A stretch of DNA of 57,890 bases from a bacterium (GCA_021784815.1 JAJYHK010000001.1:1-57890); one strand, 5' to 3'; shown: positions 28,128-38,055, numbered from the stretch's first letter. The notes: generated by a model from the letters alone, not told the origin. Numbers and translations are program-made.

Positions 28128-29404
28128 AGCGGATACTTAAAGCGATCAGCGGAAGTTTCCTCGCTTTTGCCGCGCGGCTCGCTATCCGGCGCTATAAGCC
28201 GAAGATCGTGATGGTGACCGGCTCGGTGGGAAAAACGTCAACGAAGGATGCGGTCGCGGCAGTGCTTGCCGCGCGTTTTTTTGTCCGGAAGAGTGAGAAG
28301 AGTTTTAATAGCGAATTCGGGGTACCGTTTACTATTTTGGGCGTGGGGAATCCCTGGGAGAAGCCCTTGGCGTGGCTCGCGGTATTTAAAAGCGCTTTTA
28401 CGCTTCTCGTGCTGCCGAATCACTATCCCGCAATGCTTGTACTCGAGGTGGGGGCAGATAAGCCGGGCGACCTTGAACGTATTCTGCACATTGTGACGCC
28501 AGACGCGGTCGTGGTCACGCGTTTACCTGAGATTCCGGTGCACGTGGAGGCGTATGCCTCGCCTGAAGAGGTACGCGAAGAGGAGTCGTTGCCCGCGTAT
28601 GCGCTACCGCCGGCGGCACCGCTCGTCGTTAGTGCCGATGACGGATACGCGCTCGAGGTGGCGGCGCGTACGAGTGCACGGGTGCTTACGTACGGTACGA
28701 GCGAGGAAGCGCGCGTGCGCGTAAACGAGTCGGATTTCTACGCTGAAGACGGGGTCATCGTCGGCATGCGCGCGCAAGCGCAGGTCGGCGCCGAACGTAT
28801 GGTCGTAACCGTGCGCGGTTCGGTGGGGCAGACACAGGTACTACCGGCTGCCGCCGCGCTGGCCGTGGCGACCGCGTTCGATATTCCGCTTCCGGAAGCG
28901 CTCGCAGCCCTCGATTCATACGAGCCTCCGCCGGGCCGCGGCCGACTGTTCCAAGGCAAGCACGGCAGCATCATTATTGACGACTCATACAATGCGTCGC
29001 CGGCGGCGGTTGAAGAGGCGCTCTCGACCTTGCGCGGCTTCCCTAATGCGGCGCGGCGGATCGCGGTGCTCGGCGACATGCTCGAGCTTGGTCGGTATTC
29101 GGTTATGGAGCATGAACGGATCGGCGCGCTTGCCGCAAAGAGCGCGGACATGGTGGTAAGCGTGGGTATCCGCGCGCGTGGCCTCGCCGCGGCCGCAGCC
29201 AAAGGGGGAGCTCAAGCAGAGATATTTGACGACGCGCGCCATGCCGCGCTTGCGCTCGCCGACATGGTGCGGGAAGGCGATGTCGTGCTGGTGAAAGGTT
29301 CGCAAGGGGTCCGCACGGAACGCGTTGTCGAGCAGCTGCTCGGCGATCCAAACGATCGCCCCCGCCTCGTACGGCAGGAAAGGGAATGGTTGCGCAAACG
29401 CTAA
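28124..29404 (+). CDS. murF: UDP-N-acetylmuramoyl-tripeptide--D-alanyl-D-alanine ligase
   Basis: VTGSVGKTSTKD P-loop and DDSYNASP motif. ATGA overlap with ftsI. Confidence 0.85.
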   Translation: MKRILKAISGSFLAFAARLAIRRYKPKIVMVTGSVGKTSTKDAVAAVLAARFFVRKSEKSFNSEFGVPFTILGVGNPWEKPLAWLAVFKSAFTLLVLPNHYPAMLVLEVGADKPGDLERILHIVTPDAVVVTRLPEIPVHVEAYASPEEVREEESLPAYALPPAAPLVVSADDGYALEVAARTSARVLTYGTSEEARVRVNESDFYAEDGVIVGMRAQAQVGAERMVVTVRGSVGQTQVLPAAAALAVATAFDIPLPEALAALDSYEPPPGRGRLFQGKHGSIIIDDSYNASPAAVEEALSTLRGFPNAARRIAVLGDMLELGRYSVMEHERIGALAAKSADMVVSVGIRARGLAAAAAKGGAQAEIFDDARHAALALADMVREGDVVLVKGSQGVRTERVVEQLLGDPNDRPRLVRQEREWLRKR

Positions 29405-30211
29405 AATAGCTATCGCTTCATCTCAAGCCTTCCGTATAGGGTGTGATGTGTCCGCAAGTTGGATTGTCCGAAACCTGCCGGCCGGTCAGCTTGTGGACTT
29501 ACAGGTAAAAAGCCCCGCTACAAATGTAGGGAAGTTCTTTGCGGGTCTTCCGGGAGATTCTACTCAGTTATATTGAGCTTTCACTCCTGGAACCTACGTT
29601 TTCAGTCTCTTTAGTGATAACAATGGTAACAAAGGTGCTCAAATTGGCACTACTGCAGCAATGGCAGTGTGTCCCCCCGGATACTCTCTTGATGCGTCGA
29701 ACCCTCTAAATGAGAAATGTGTCGCGCCTTTGCCGCATGCTACACATCGCCGGGTACAAACAGATTCAGTACCGGTTCAGGATCTCCGGTGAGTTCGCCT
29801 GTAAGTGGTATTTCGACAGGTCCGTTGAATACCGATACGAGTTTCAGCATCACATGTACCGGTCCAGGCGGCAGTCAATCTGCTGCCACAAAAGTGACGG
29901 TACTTCAGCCGACAGTGAACATAACGGCAACGCCATCTCGGGTTCTTTCTGGTGGTTCGACCATAGTGAGTTGGCAGGGTACGAATGTAAATACTTGCGA
30001 TATATCAAAGGATGGTACGCCGTGGCCTTCGGGAAGTTCGCATGTGGTTGCAAGCGCAACACATACTGTGCAAGGATCTGCGCAGGACTCGAACATTACG
30101 AGCCAAACCGTATATACTATAACTTGTACTGCACCCTCGGCTACTGCTACTGCTACCACTGTGTCATCAAACGTGATTGTGAACCTCATAACGAAATACG
30201 CCATCTTCTGA
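29405..30211 (+). pseudogene. Remnant of a secreted Ig-like-repeat surface protein (no start, in-frame TGA, frameshift)
   Basis: The frame is open directly after the murF stop. An in-frame TGA sits at 29574-29576 and a frame switch near 29720-29740. Repeats of the type TSFSITCTGPGGS / TVYTITCTAPSAT are present. The GC content is lower than in the flanks. Confidence 0.5.
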
Positions 30212-30325
30212 TTAACTCTCAGGAGTTTTGAGCGATACCTGGAGATAGGGGAAGTGGCGGTCTTGTTTTGAAGGTATCAGTACCAAGAGTGCATTTTGAT
30301 GCCAGGTATGCTTTCATGTTTCCAC

Positions 30326-30400
30326 GGCCCTATCGTCTAATGGTTAGGACAGCGCCCTCTCACGGCGTAAATCGGGGTTCGACTCCCCGTAGGGTCACCA
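30326..30400 (+). tRNA. tRNA-Glu (anticodon CTC), CCA encoded
   Basis: Acceptor GGCCCTA/TAGGGTC, anticodon stem GCGCC/GGCGT with loop CTCTCAC, T arm CGGGG-TTCGACT-CCCCG, 3' ACCA. Confidence 0.9.
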
Positions 30401-30536
30401 GCGGGGTTTTATCGCACTTGAATTCCTCAGAAAGCCTGAAAAGGAGCTGTAGTTTTGGTGTTCCACCAACAATTTCATTGTAGTGCGGAGTAACGTGCCG
30501 TTAACGGTATCAGAAACGAGGGCTACTGGGTGTTGC

Positions 30537-30731
30537 ATGGAGAAAACAGGTGAACTGGTAAAGAATCTCTTCCATAGAACCACCATGCGCGTATTTCTGG
30601 ATACCTGCGATTCAATGCTACTGCTACGTGTTCCCAATCTGAGCAAAAAGAGTACCGTATGGTTGGTTCGTCTGATGCGCGAGAGCAGGCTCCCGCTCGA
30701 TGATCCCAGGTGGACGGCAGATTGGATTTAA
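30537..30731 (+). CDS. Hypothetical small protein (64 aa) in the low-GC islet
   Basis: ORF followed by an intrinsic terminator. No family recognised. Confidence 0.3.
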   Translation: MEKTGELVKNLFHRTTMRVFLDTCDSMLLLRVPNLSKKSTVWLVRLMRESRLPLDDPRWTADWI

Positions 30732-30751
30732 TCCGCTAGCTACATCAACCA

Positions 30752-30790
30752 CCGAACGGAAACCGTCCGTTCGGGCGGTTTCTGTTTTTT
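30752..30790 (+). terminator. Rho-independent terminator
   Basis: GAAACCG...CGGTTTC stem (alternative stem CCGAACGGA/TCCGTTCGG) followed by TGTTTTTT. Confidence 0.65.
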
Positions 30791-30824
30791 GGAGTTGGCT
30801 TGTGCGCGCATTTGGCGGGTCGTC

Positions 30825-31280
30825 CTACAGGAGAAGCGCATCGACGACCGCCTTGACGTCGTTGCCGTCCGCAACGCCTCTAAAGTCTTTCATGAGCGCG
30901 CTCATAAGCTTGCTGCCGTCCGCTTTATTGGTCGCACCGAGTTCAGTGGCTTTCGCTTTCGCCAGGGGTTCAATTTCGGCACGGCTCATCTGCTTAGGCA
31001 AATAGGATTCGATGATGACGAGCTCTTCCTTTTCAGACTCGGCAAGGTCGGTACGGCTCGCTCCCTCAAACTGTTCGATCGAGTCTTTGCGCTGGTTTGC
31101 GGCGCGCTTAAGCACCGCGATGGCCTCGGTGTCGGTCAAGAATTCGTCGGGCTTGCGCTTTTTTGCGACGATTTCGTTCGTCATCGCCGTCACAAGCGAG
31201 CGCAGCGTGCGCAGATGCGCCTCATCGCGGGCGCGCAGTGCGTCAGGAATGGCTTTCTTGAGCGTTTCGTGGATGGTCAT
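30825..31280 (-). CDS. GatB/YqeY domain protein
   Basis: LRARDEAHLRTLRSL...AVLKRAANQRKDSIEQF...EIEPLAKAK pattern typical of YqeY. TATGCT lies 6 nt upstream of the ATG. Confidence 0.75.
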   Translation of the reverse strand: MTIHETLKKAIPDALRARDEAHLRTLRSLVTAMTNEIVAKKRKPDEFLTDTEAIAVLKRAANQRKDSIEQFEGASRTDLAESEKEELVIIESYLPKQMSRAEIEPLAKAKATELGATNKADGSKLMSALMKDFRGVADGNDVKAVVDALLL

Positions 31281-31334
31281 GCGCGCAGCATAGCACAGAC
31301 CTGCGCCTCGTTCGTGATGGCGTATACTACCAGC

Positions 31335-32405
31335 ATGAGCACGCTCACGATACTGCTTCTCATTGCCGGCATTTTGGTCGCGCAGATCGTCGGCCTGGCG
31401 GTTGTGTTCGGCTGGCTCAAAAATCGCGAACCGGAAAAGCAGGAGGATGCGGGCGAGAACCAAGGTTTCGTGCTCCTGCAGCAGCAGCTCCAGGATCTTT
31501 CGCGCACTATCGATACGCGGGTCGCGGAATCGTCAAGGGCGCTCCAAGAGAGCGCGCATCGGCAGTTTTCCGAGTCGGCCCGGCTCATTAAGGAGATTAC
31601 CGAGGAGGTCACGAGTGTGAAGGAGATCGGGAGGCAGACTCAGGGCTTCGCCGAGCAGCTCAAGGGGCTGCAGGACATACTCAAGAACCCCAAGCAGCGC
31701 GGGATCCTGGGCGAGTACTATCTCGAGACTGTGCTCAAGAACGTGCTGCCGCCGAATCTGTACCAAATGCAGTACGGGTTTGAGAACGGCGAGATTGTTG
31801 ACGCGGTGGTATTCGTAAACGACAAGATCATCCCGATCGATTCGAAGTTTTCCCTCGAGAATTACAACCGGCTCGTAAACGCTGGCGAGGGCGAGCGCGC
31901 ACCGCTCGAGAAAGCCTTCGTAAACGACCTTAAGCTGCGCATCCAGGAAACGGCTAAGTATATCCGGCCGGAAGAGAAGACGACCGACTTCGCCTTCATG
32001 TTCATTCCCAGCGAAGCTATTTATTATGACCTCCTCACGAACCAGGTGGGCGGTGGCGAAGACGAAAACCTCGTCCAGAGGGCGGCAGGGAAGCATAGGG
32101 TGATTATTGTCTCTCCAACCTCATTCCTTGCGTATCTGCAGACGGTCATGCAGGGCCTCAAGGCGATGGAGATTGAGAAGCGTGCCGAGGAAATCCAGAA
32201 GCGGGTAGGCGAGCTCGGTAAGCACTTGGGTGCCTATGAGTCCTTTTACAAAAAGCTCGGCGTATCGCTTAGTACGGCCGTTTCGCACTACAATAGCGGC
32301 TACAAGGAGCTCGGGAAGATCGATAAAGACGTCTACCGTATCGCGAGCGAGAAGATCGGCATCGAGGCCGACCTACTCGAGAAGCCGGCCTTGGACCAGG
32401 ATTAG
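31335..32405 (+). CDS. rmuC: DNA recombination protein RmuC
   Basis: N-terminal TM, coiled coil and C-terminal RmuC nuclease-like region (IVDAVVFVNDKIIPIDSKF, FMFIPSE). The start is set by TATACT 6 nt upstream; 31317 is an alternative start. Confidence 0.8.
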   Translation: MSTLTILLLIAGILVAQIVGLAVVFGWLKNREPEKQEDAGENQGFVLLQQQLQDLSRTIDTRVAESSRALQESAHRQFSESARLIKEITEEVTSVKEIGRQTQGFAEQLKGLQDILKNPKQRGILGEYYLETVLKNVLPPNLYQMQYGFENGEIVDAVVFVNDKIIPIDSKFSLENYNRLVNAGEGERAPLEKAFVNDLKLRIQETAKYIRPEEKTTDFAFMFIPSEAIYYDLLTNQVGGGEDENLVQRAAGKHRVIIVSPTSFLAYLQTVMQGLKAMEIEKRAEEIQKRVGELGKHLGAYESFYKKLGVSLSTAVSHYNSGYKELGKIDKDVYRIASEKIGIEADLLEKPALDQD

Positions 32406-32435
32406 ACGAGGATTCCCCGGCCCTTGTCTTTTTTT
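32405..32435 (+). terminator. Rho-independent terminator after rmuC
   Basis: GACGAGG...CCTTGTC stem followed by TTTTTTT. Confidence 0.55.
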
Positions 32436-32461
32436 GGCATAAATGCTATATTCAAGCCACT

Positions 32462-32779
32462 ATGGAAGTGGCCGTAATTAAGACCGGCGGGAAGCAGTAT
32501 GTCGTCTCAAAGGGCGACACGATCTCTATCGAGAAGCTTCCAGGCGATCTCAAAAAGGGTGACACGGTCGTTTTCAACGAGGTACTCCTCGTGGACAACG
32601 GCAAGGACACGACCATCGGCGCGCCTACGATCAAGGGCGCGGAGGTCAAGGGTATCGTCGCGGCAGTCGGCCGCGCGAAAAAGGTTGACGTAGTGCGCTA
32701 CAAAGCGAAAAGCAATTACTTCAAGCGCTACGGTCACAAGCAGCCCCTCCTCAAAGTCACTATCGATTCGATAGTTTAA
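32462..32779 (+). CDS. rplU: 50S ribosomal protein L21
   Basis: VIKTGGKQYVVSKGD...VVRYKAKSNYFKRYGHKQ. Confidence 0.9.
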   Translation: MEVAVIKTGGKQYVVSKGDTISIEKLPGDLKKGDTVVFNEVLLVDNGKDTTIGAPTIKGAEVKGIVAAVGRAKKVDVVRYKAKSNYFKRYGHKQPLLKVTIDSIV

Positions 32780-32840
32780 TTCGCAGCGCGTTGATCTAGC
32801 GCTGCAACAGCCGCTCACGCGGCTCTAATGTCAATATTCA

Positions 32841-34196
32841 ATGCAAGTAGGACGATGGATTCACCAGGCAACTGGTGGCAATGATTACCGCCCGGCAACG
32901 GACGGTACGGAAACGTTTTCGTATAGAACACCGCGCGGCGGCTCCTTTGGCGGCAACCGCCGACGCCGCAGTGGACCGGGCGGATTTGACCGCCGGAGCC
33001 CCTCGCGTCCCGGCTTCTCGGGCGGACCAGTGCGCCGCGGGCATCGTAAGAGCGGTATCGGTTCCTTCGGCGAGACTGAGGCGGAGATCGCGAAATTCAT
33101 TAACAAGGCGGTTGTCACAACGGAAGAAGAGCCGACCTTTGTGCCTGAGCACAAATTCGCGGACTTTCCGATCGACCCGCGCCTCAAAAAGAATATCGAA
33201 GCGAAGGGGTACGCGTTCCCGAGCCCGATCCAGGACAAGGCTATCTCGCATGTGCTCGTCGGCCGCGATGTTGTCGGTCTTGCAGAGACCGGTACCGGCA
33301 AGACCGCGGCCTTCCTTATTCCGCTCATCGACAAGGTAGTCAAGCATCTCGCGCTCGGAAAGCGTGAGCGCGTCCTCGTGATGGCGCCGACGCGCGAGCT
33401 CGCGGTGCAAATCGAGCAAGAGCTCGCAGGCTTCGCGAAGGGCCTGGGTTTCCGCGGCATGGTCGCGGTCGGCGGTGCGAACATCAACCCGCAGATCGCG
33501 GCGCTGCGGCACGATCCGGAGTTTGTCATCGGCACGCCGGGACGCCTCAAGGATCTCATGGAGCGCAAGGTGCTCGTTCTCTCGAGCTTCTACTCGGTCG
33601 TGCTCGACGAAGCCGACCGAATGCTCGACATGGGCTTTATCGACGACATGCGTTTCATTTTGAGCAAGATGCCTAAAGAGCGCCATACGCTCTTCTTCTC
33701 AGCGACCATGAGCCGCGAGATCGAGCAGCTCATCGGCGACTTTCTCGTCGATCCGGTAATCATCTCGGTGAAAACGCGCGATACGTCGAGAAATATCGAC
33801 CAGGATGTGCTACGCATTCCGCCCGATGCGGATAAGTTCGAGATCCTCGTTGATCTCCTTCAGGATCGCGATTTCAGCAAGGTGCTCGTCTTTGGCCGTA
33901 CGAAGTACGGCGTCGAGAAGCTTGCGAAGGCGCTCTCGCGCAAGCATATCTACGCGGAGAGCATCCACGGCGATAAGACATACCGCGCACGTCTTAAGGC
34001 GCTCGATGCCTTCAAGCGCGGGCAGGTGACCGTGCTCGTAGCGACCGATGTCGCCGCGCGAGGACTCGATATTCCGGCGGTCTCGCACGTGATCAACTAC
34101 GACTTGCCCTCGACATACGAGGACTATGTCCACCGCATCGGCCGCACCGGCCGCGCGGCGCTGAAAGGGAAGGCGCTCACCTTCGTGCAGGGGTAA
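32841..34196 (+). CDS. DEAD-box ATP-dependent RNA helicase with an N-terminal RG-rich extension
   Basis: Q motif region, AETGTGKT, DEAD, SAT and HRIGRTGR motifs. The first 90 aa or so are Arg/Gly/Ser-rich. The start position is uncertain. Confidence 0.85.
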   Translation: MQVGRWIHQATGGNDYRPATDGTETFSYRTPRGGSFGGNRRRRSGPGGFDRRSPSRPGFSGGPVRRGHRKSGIGSFGETEAEIAKFINKAVVTTEEEPTFVPEHKFADFPIDPRLKKNIEAKGYAFPSPIQDKAISHVLVGRDVVGLAETGTGKTAAFLIPLIDKVVKHLALGKRERVLVMAPTRELAVQIEQELAGFAKGLGFRGMVAVGGANINPQIAALRHDPEFVIGTPGRLKDLMERKVLVLSSFYSVVLDEADRMLDMGFIDDMRFILSKMPKERHTLFFSATMSREIEQLIGDFLVDPVIISVKTRDTSRNIDQDVLRIPPDADKFEILVDLLQDRDFSKVLVFGRTKYGVEKLAKALSRKHIYAESIHGDKTYRARLKALDAFKRGQVTVLVATDVAARGLDIPAVSHVINYDLPSTYEDYVHRIGRTGRAALKGKALTFVQG

Positions 34197-34217
34197 GGCT
34201 GACACGCGCATTATGCG

Positions 34218-34252
34218 AAACTGCGCGGCGCCGTACGGCGCCGCGCAGTTTT
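34218..34252. terminator. Bidirectional stem-loop terminator
   Basis: AAACTGCGCGGCGCC-GTAC-GGCGCCGCGCAGTTTT. Confidence 0.65.
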
Positions 34253-34275
34253 GCGTGTTATTGTGCTACTCATTG

Positions 34276-34875
34276 CTACTTCCGTCCGGCGAACGCTGCT
34301 CGGACGGTCTCCGCGTCGGCGTACTCGAGTTCACTCCCGGTCGCAAGGCCGCGACCGAGCGCTGAGATGGTGAGATGATCGCGATAGGGTGCGAGGAGCT
34401 CGCGGATGCGATCGGTCGTGTGTTCGCCCTCGCTTGTGGCGGAGAGCGCGAGTACCACCTCCTGTAACCCGTTGTCGAGGCGTCTTTTAATCGCGGCGAT
34501 GAGGTCAGCCTCGCGGATCGCGCCTTTCCCTGAGAGGGTGAGGACACCGCCGAGCACGAAGTAGCGGCCCTTATAGGTACCGGCGCGCTCAACCACCGCA
34601 AGATCCTGATCTTTTTCAACGAGCATAAGCAGCGAGTCGTCGCGGATCGAGCCCGAGCAGTAATTGCAGGGGCCGCGGTGGGCGCCCGTGAAAAAGCGCC
34701 GGCACTCCGGGCACTGGTGCACCTCGCTTCCAAGTTGCTCGATTAGCTGCGCGAGGCGCAGCCGCTCAGTCGCCGGGGCGCCGAGTAAATGAAATACGAA
34801 CCGCTTGCCCTGGCGCGGGCCAATACCCGGTAGGCGCGCAAATGCATTTGCAAGCTCGTCAATGCGATCGCTCAT
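34276..34875 (-). CDS. recR: Recombination protein RecR
   Basis: LPGIGPRQGKRFVFHLL HhH motif, CPECRRF zinc finger and a Toprim region. The track ORF to 35352 is an upstream extension. Confidence 0.9.
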   Translation of the reverse strand: MSDRIDELANAFARLPGIGPRQGKRFVFHLLGAPATERLRLAQLIEQLGSEVHQCPECRRFFTGAHRGPCNYCSGSIRDDSLLMLVEKDQDLAVVERAGTYKGRYFVLGGVLTLSGKGAIREADLIAAIKRRLDNGLQEVVLALSATSEGEHTTDRIRELLAPYRDHLTISALGRGLATGSELEYADAETVRAAFAGRK

Positions 34876-35120
34876 ATGGCCCGAACGATATTCACGATTG
34901 CGAGAAGCGCAATGACCGCCCACACAAGGTTGAGCCAGAAGGGCTGGTAGTCCTTGCGGTACCAGGTTTCGATAGTAATGCCGGCTGCGCCGGTGAAATT
35001 GAGGCCCTGGTAGATCAGCGAGCTGGGAAGAAGAACCGCGAAACTCACGAGGACGTACGCGGCAATCGTTGCGGCGACGCCGTACCAGCCGAGCCACTCG
35101 ATTGCCATACCGCGAGTCAT
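34872..35120 (-). CDS. Small integral membrane protein
   Basis: 82 aa with three hydrophobic segments. ATGA overlap with recR. Confidence 0.5.
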   Translation of the reverse strand: MTRGMAIEWLGWYGVAATIAAYVLVSFAVLLPSSLIYQGLNFTGAAGITIETWYRKDYQPFWLNLVWAVIALLAIVNIVRAI

Positions 35121-35131
35121 AGGGTCGCAGA

Positions 35132-36505
35132 TCAAAACTCGGCTGCGAGTTCGCCGTAATCGACCGCTGACTCGATTGGCTGGAAGGAGGCGCGCTTTGC
35201 ATCGAAGTAGAGGTCAATCTTTCCGGTTGGCCCGTTGCGATGCTTTTCGACAAGGATTTCAGCAAGGTAGCCGTTGCGGCTGCCCGCAGCACCCTCGTCC
35301 GTCTGGCTCTCGCCGCGATGAATGAACATGACGACATCGGCGTCTTGTTCAATCGAGCCCGAATCGCGCAGGTCCGAAAGGCGGGGTTTGCCGCCGCGCT
35401 GCTCGACCGCGCGCGAGAGCTGGGAGAGCGCTATGACCGGGACGTTAAGCTCGCGCGCGAGCGCCTTGAGTGAGCGGGAAATCTCGGTCACCTGCTGCAC
35501 GACCGAGTCGGAGGCCTTTGTATTGGTCGGCATCATGAGCTGGAGATAGTCCACCACAATGAGCCCGATGCCGCGCTCCCGCTTCAGCCGCCGCGCTACG
35601 GCACGCATCGAAAGGATGTTGTTCGCGGGCTTGTCGTCGATAAAGATGGGCGCTTTCGAGAGCGCTTCGAGCGCGTCGCGGATGCGCGAGAAATCTTCTT
35701 CGTCTTTCATTTGGCCGGTACGCAGCTTCCAGGAGTTGACGAATGATTCGGCCGCGAGCATGCGGTCGATGATTTGTTCGGTGCTCATTTCAAGAGAAAA
35801 GATGCCGACGGGAATATTGTGGCGCACGGCGGCGTTGCGGGCGATGTCGAGCGCGAACGAGGTTTTGCCGACCGAGGGACGCGCGGCGAGGATGACGAGG
35901 TCAGACGGGTGAAAGCCTGAAAGGAGATTGTCGAGTGCCGGGAAGCCGCTCGACACGCCGCGAATGCCGTCTTCGCGCTTGGAGAGCGCTTCAATGCGGT
36001 CCCACGCCTCGTGAACCTTGTCGCCAATGGCCGTAAATTTGTGGGAGGAGGATTGATCGCCGATCGCGTAGATGGCTTTCTCGGCATCGTCGAGGACCGC
36101 CATGGGTTCGCGCGATTCGTCATAGGCGCTCTCGGTGATGGCGTAGGAGGCATCGATGAGCGAGCGCATGAGGTGCTTGCGCGAGACAAGGTCCGCGTAA
36201 TGGGCATAGTTGCCTGGTGCGGGCGCTGAATCGGCGAGCTCGGCAAGGTAGCTTCGACCGCCAGCACGCTCAAGGAGACCCTGGTCGACGAGCCGTTGGG
36301 AAAGGGTGAGGAGGTCGATCGGATCGCCGTGCTCGGCGAGCTCGCGCATTGCAGCGAAGATCAGGCGGTGCTTTTCCGCGTAGAAAGAATCCTGATGAAT
36401 GGTGTCCGAGACGTCATGAATCACGTCTGGTTTGAGCAAGAGCGCGCCGAGGAGCGCGCGCTCGGATTCGAGCGATTGCGGCGGGACACGGTTGGCTGTA
36501 GCCAT
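35132..36505 (-). CDS. dnaB: Replicative DNA helicase DnaB
   Basis: PPQSLESERALLGALLL N-terminus, ARPSVGKTSFALD Walker A, and the IVVDYLQLM and SRxxK regions. TACCAT lies 7 nt upstream of the ATG. Confidence 0.9.
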   Translation of the reverse strand: MATANRVPPQSLESERALLGALLLKPDVIHDVSDTIHQDSFYAEKHRLIFAAMRELAEHGDPIDLLTLSQRLVDQGLLERAGGRSYLAELADSAPAPGNYAHYADLVSRKHLMRSLIDASYAITESAYDESREPMAVLDDAEKAIYAIGDQSSSHKFTAIGDKVHEAWDRIEALSKREDGIRGVSSGFPALDNLLSGFHPSDLVILAARPSVGKTSFALDIARNAAVRHNIPVGIFSLEMSTEQIIDRMLAAESFVNSWKLRTGQMKDEEDFSRIRDALEALSKAPIFIDDKPANNILSMRAVARRLKRERGIGLIVVDYLQLMMPTNTKASDSVVQQVTEISRSLKALARELNVPVIALSQLSRAVEQRGGKPRLSDLRDSGSIEQDADVVMFIHRGESQTDEGAAGSRNGYLAEILVEKHRNGPTGKIDLYFDAKRASFQPIESAVDYGELAAEF

Positions 36506-36579
36506 CCTTGGAATGGTACCACGCGTGTCCAGCGGATCCTTCTGCGTAACTGGAGGCTTCCGATGAGGCGCTCTATTTC

Positions 36580-38046
36580 TCACTTTTTTCGGAGTGCGCG
36601 GGATAGTTGGGGGCCCTCAGGACGGTCCTCGACCAGATAGCCGGCTGATTCTAGGGCGGCACGCAGTTCGTCGGCACGTGCGTAATCTTTCACAGCGCGC
36701 GCGGCTTCGCGCTCTTCGAGCAGCGCGCGTACGGTATTCGGCACATCGGCGAGGGCAATATGGTCGCCGACAAGCGGTACGTCGAGCGTCAGCCCGAGAT
36801 GCAACTGCGCATCGCGGACGAGACCCCATTTTTCACGGGGAGCGTATTCATCGCTCTTGAGTGACTCCCAGAGGATGCCAAGCGCTTGAGGAGTCGCAAG
36901 GTCGTCGCGCATGGCGGCGAGGAATCGCTCGCGCGCTTCGGAGGGTGCGGTGCGTTTGCCGGACTCGTCTGCAAGCTCGAAGGAAATCTTCCGCAAGCCC
37001 GCAAGCGCACTCTGGGCACCTTCGAGCGCGGCCCAGGAGAAAGAGAGGGGAGTGCGGTAGTGCGCTTGGAGGAAAAAGTAGCGTAGGGCAAGCGGATCGA
37101 ACCCTTTCTCGATGATGTCGGAGAGGTAGACGACGTTGCCGAGTGACTTCGAGGCTTTTTCGCCGCCCATAGTGAGGAAGGCGTTATGCATCCAGTAACG
37201 GACGAAGCGTCGACCGCTCGCGCCTTCGGATTGAGCGATTTCGTTGTTGTGGTGGACTTGGATGTGATCTTCGCCGCCCGTGTGGATGTCGATCTCGGTG
37301 CCCAGGAGCGATCGGCTCATAGCTGAGCATTCAAGATGCCACCCCGGGTTACCCTTACCCCACGGGCTCTCCCACCGTTGAAGGTCGTTCGGTTTTGCGG
37401 CGCGCCAGAGTGCAAAGTCGGTCGGGTGACGCTTGCCGTATGCAACCGCTACCCGCGCACCAGCTTCGAGATCGGCTTTTGAAAAATTTCCTAGCTTGCC
37501 GTAGCCGGGAAATTTCTCCGTATCGAAGTAGAGTCCGTCAGCGATCCGATAGGTGAAGCCTTTCTGCTCGAGCGTTTGCGCGAGCGCGATCTGCTCGCGA
37601 ATGTACTGGGTCGCGTGCGGAAACCGGATCGCCTCGGCGTCGATGTTGAGTGAGCGAAGGTCTTCAAGGAAGCGCTTGCTATATCGGTCAGCAATGACTT
37701 CGGGAGTCGCGTGCTCGCGGGTGGCGCCCACGGCCATCTTGTCTTCGCCCTCATCCGCGTCGCTCACGAGATGGCCGACATCAGTGATGTTGATCACCCG
37801 TTGTGCCCGATATCCGGCAGCTTCGAGGGTCCGCGCGATGGTATCGGAGAACACGTAGGAGCGCAAATTACCGATGTGCGCAGGGCCGTACACGGTCGGC
37901 CCGCAGGAATACATGAGCACCTGACCTGCCTTGAGCGGCACGAAAAGCTCCTTTTTGCCCGAGAGGGTATTCGTAAAAAAGACCTGCGGAGTGCTCCGCC
38001 CAGCTTTTGTTGCCTCGCTTGAAAAGAGACGACGCAAGAAGGACAT
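36580..38046 (-). CDS. cysS: Cysteinyl-tRNA synthetase
   Basis: CGPTVYGPAHIGNLRSY (HIGH) and KASKSLGN (KMSKS-like) motifs. Confidence 0.9.
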   Translation of the reverse strand: MSFLRRLFSSEATKAGRSTPQVFFTNTLSGKKELFVPLKAGQVLMYSCGPTVYGPAHIGNLRSYVFSDTIARTLEAAGYRAQRVINITDVGHLVSDADEGEDKMAVGATREHATPEVIADRYSKRFLEDLRSLNIDAEAIRFPHATQYIREQIALAQTLEQKGFTYRIADGLYFDTEKFPGYGKLGNFSKADLEAGARVAVAYGKRHPTDFALWRAAKPNDLQRWESPWGKGNPGWHLECSAMSRSLLGTEIDIHTGGEDHIQVHHNNEIAQSEGASGRRFVRYWMHNAFLTMGGEKASKSLGNVVYLSDIIEKGFDPLALRYFFLQAHYRTPLSFSWAALEGAQSALAGLRKISFELADESGKRTAPSEARERFLAAMRDDLATPQALGILWESLKSDEYAPREKWGLVRDAQLHLGLTLDVPLVGDHIALADVPNTVRALLEEREAARAVKDYARADELRAALESAGYLVEDRPEGPQLSRALRKK

Positions 38047-38055
38047 GAATCAATT

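Noticed and set aside
29574-29576. The in-frame TGA in the surface-protein remnant might indicate UGA-to-Gly recoding (genetic code 25, as in some CPR lineages).
   Set aside because: Many well-supported genes here terminate with TGA, including the ATGA start/stop overlaps at 2390, 3139, 3753, 18906, 28124 and 46501. Conserved proteins contain no internal TGA. A nonsense mutation in a decaying gene is the simpler reading.
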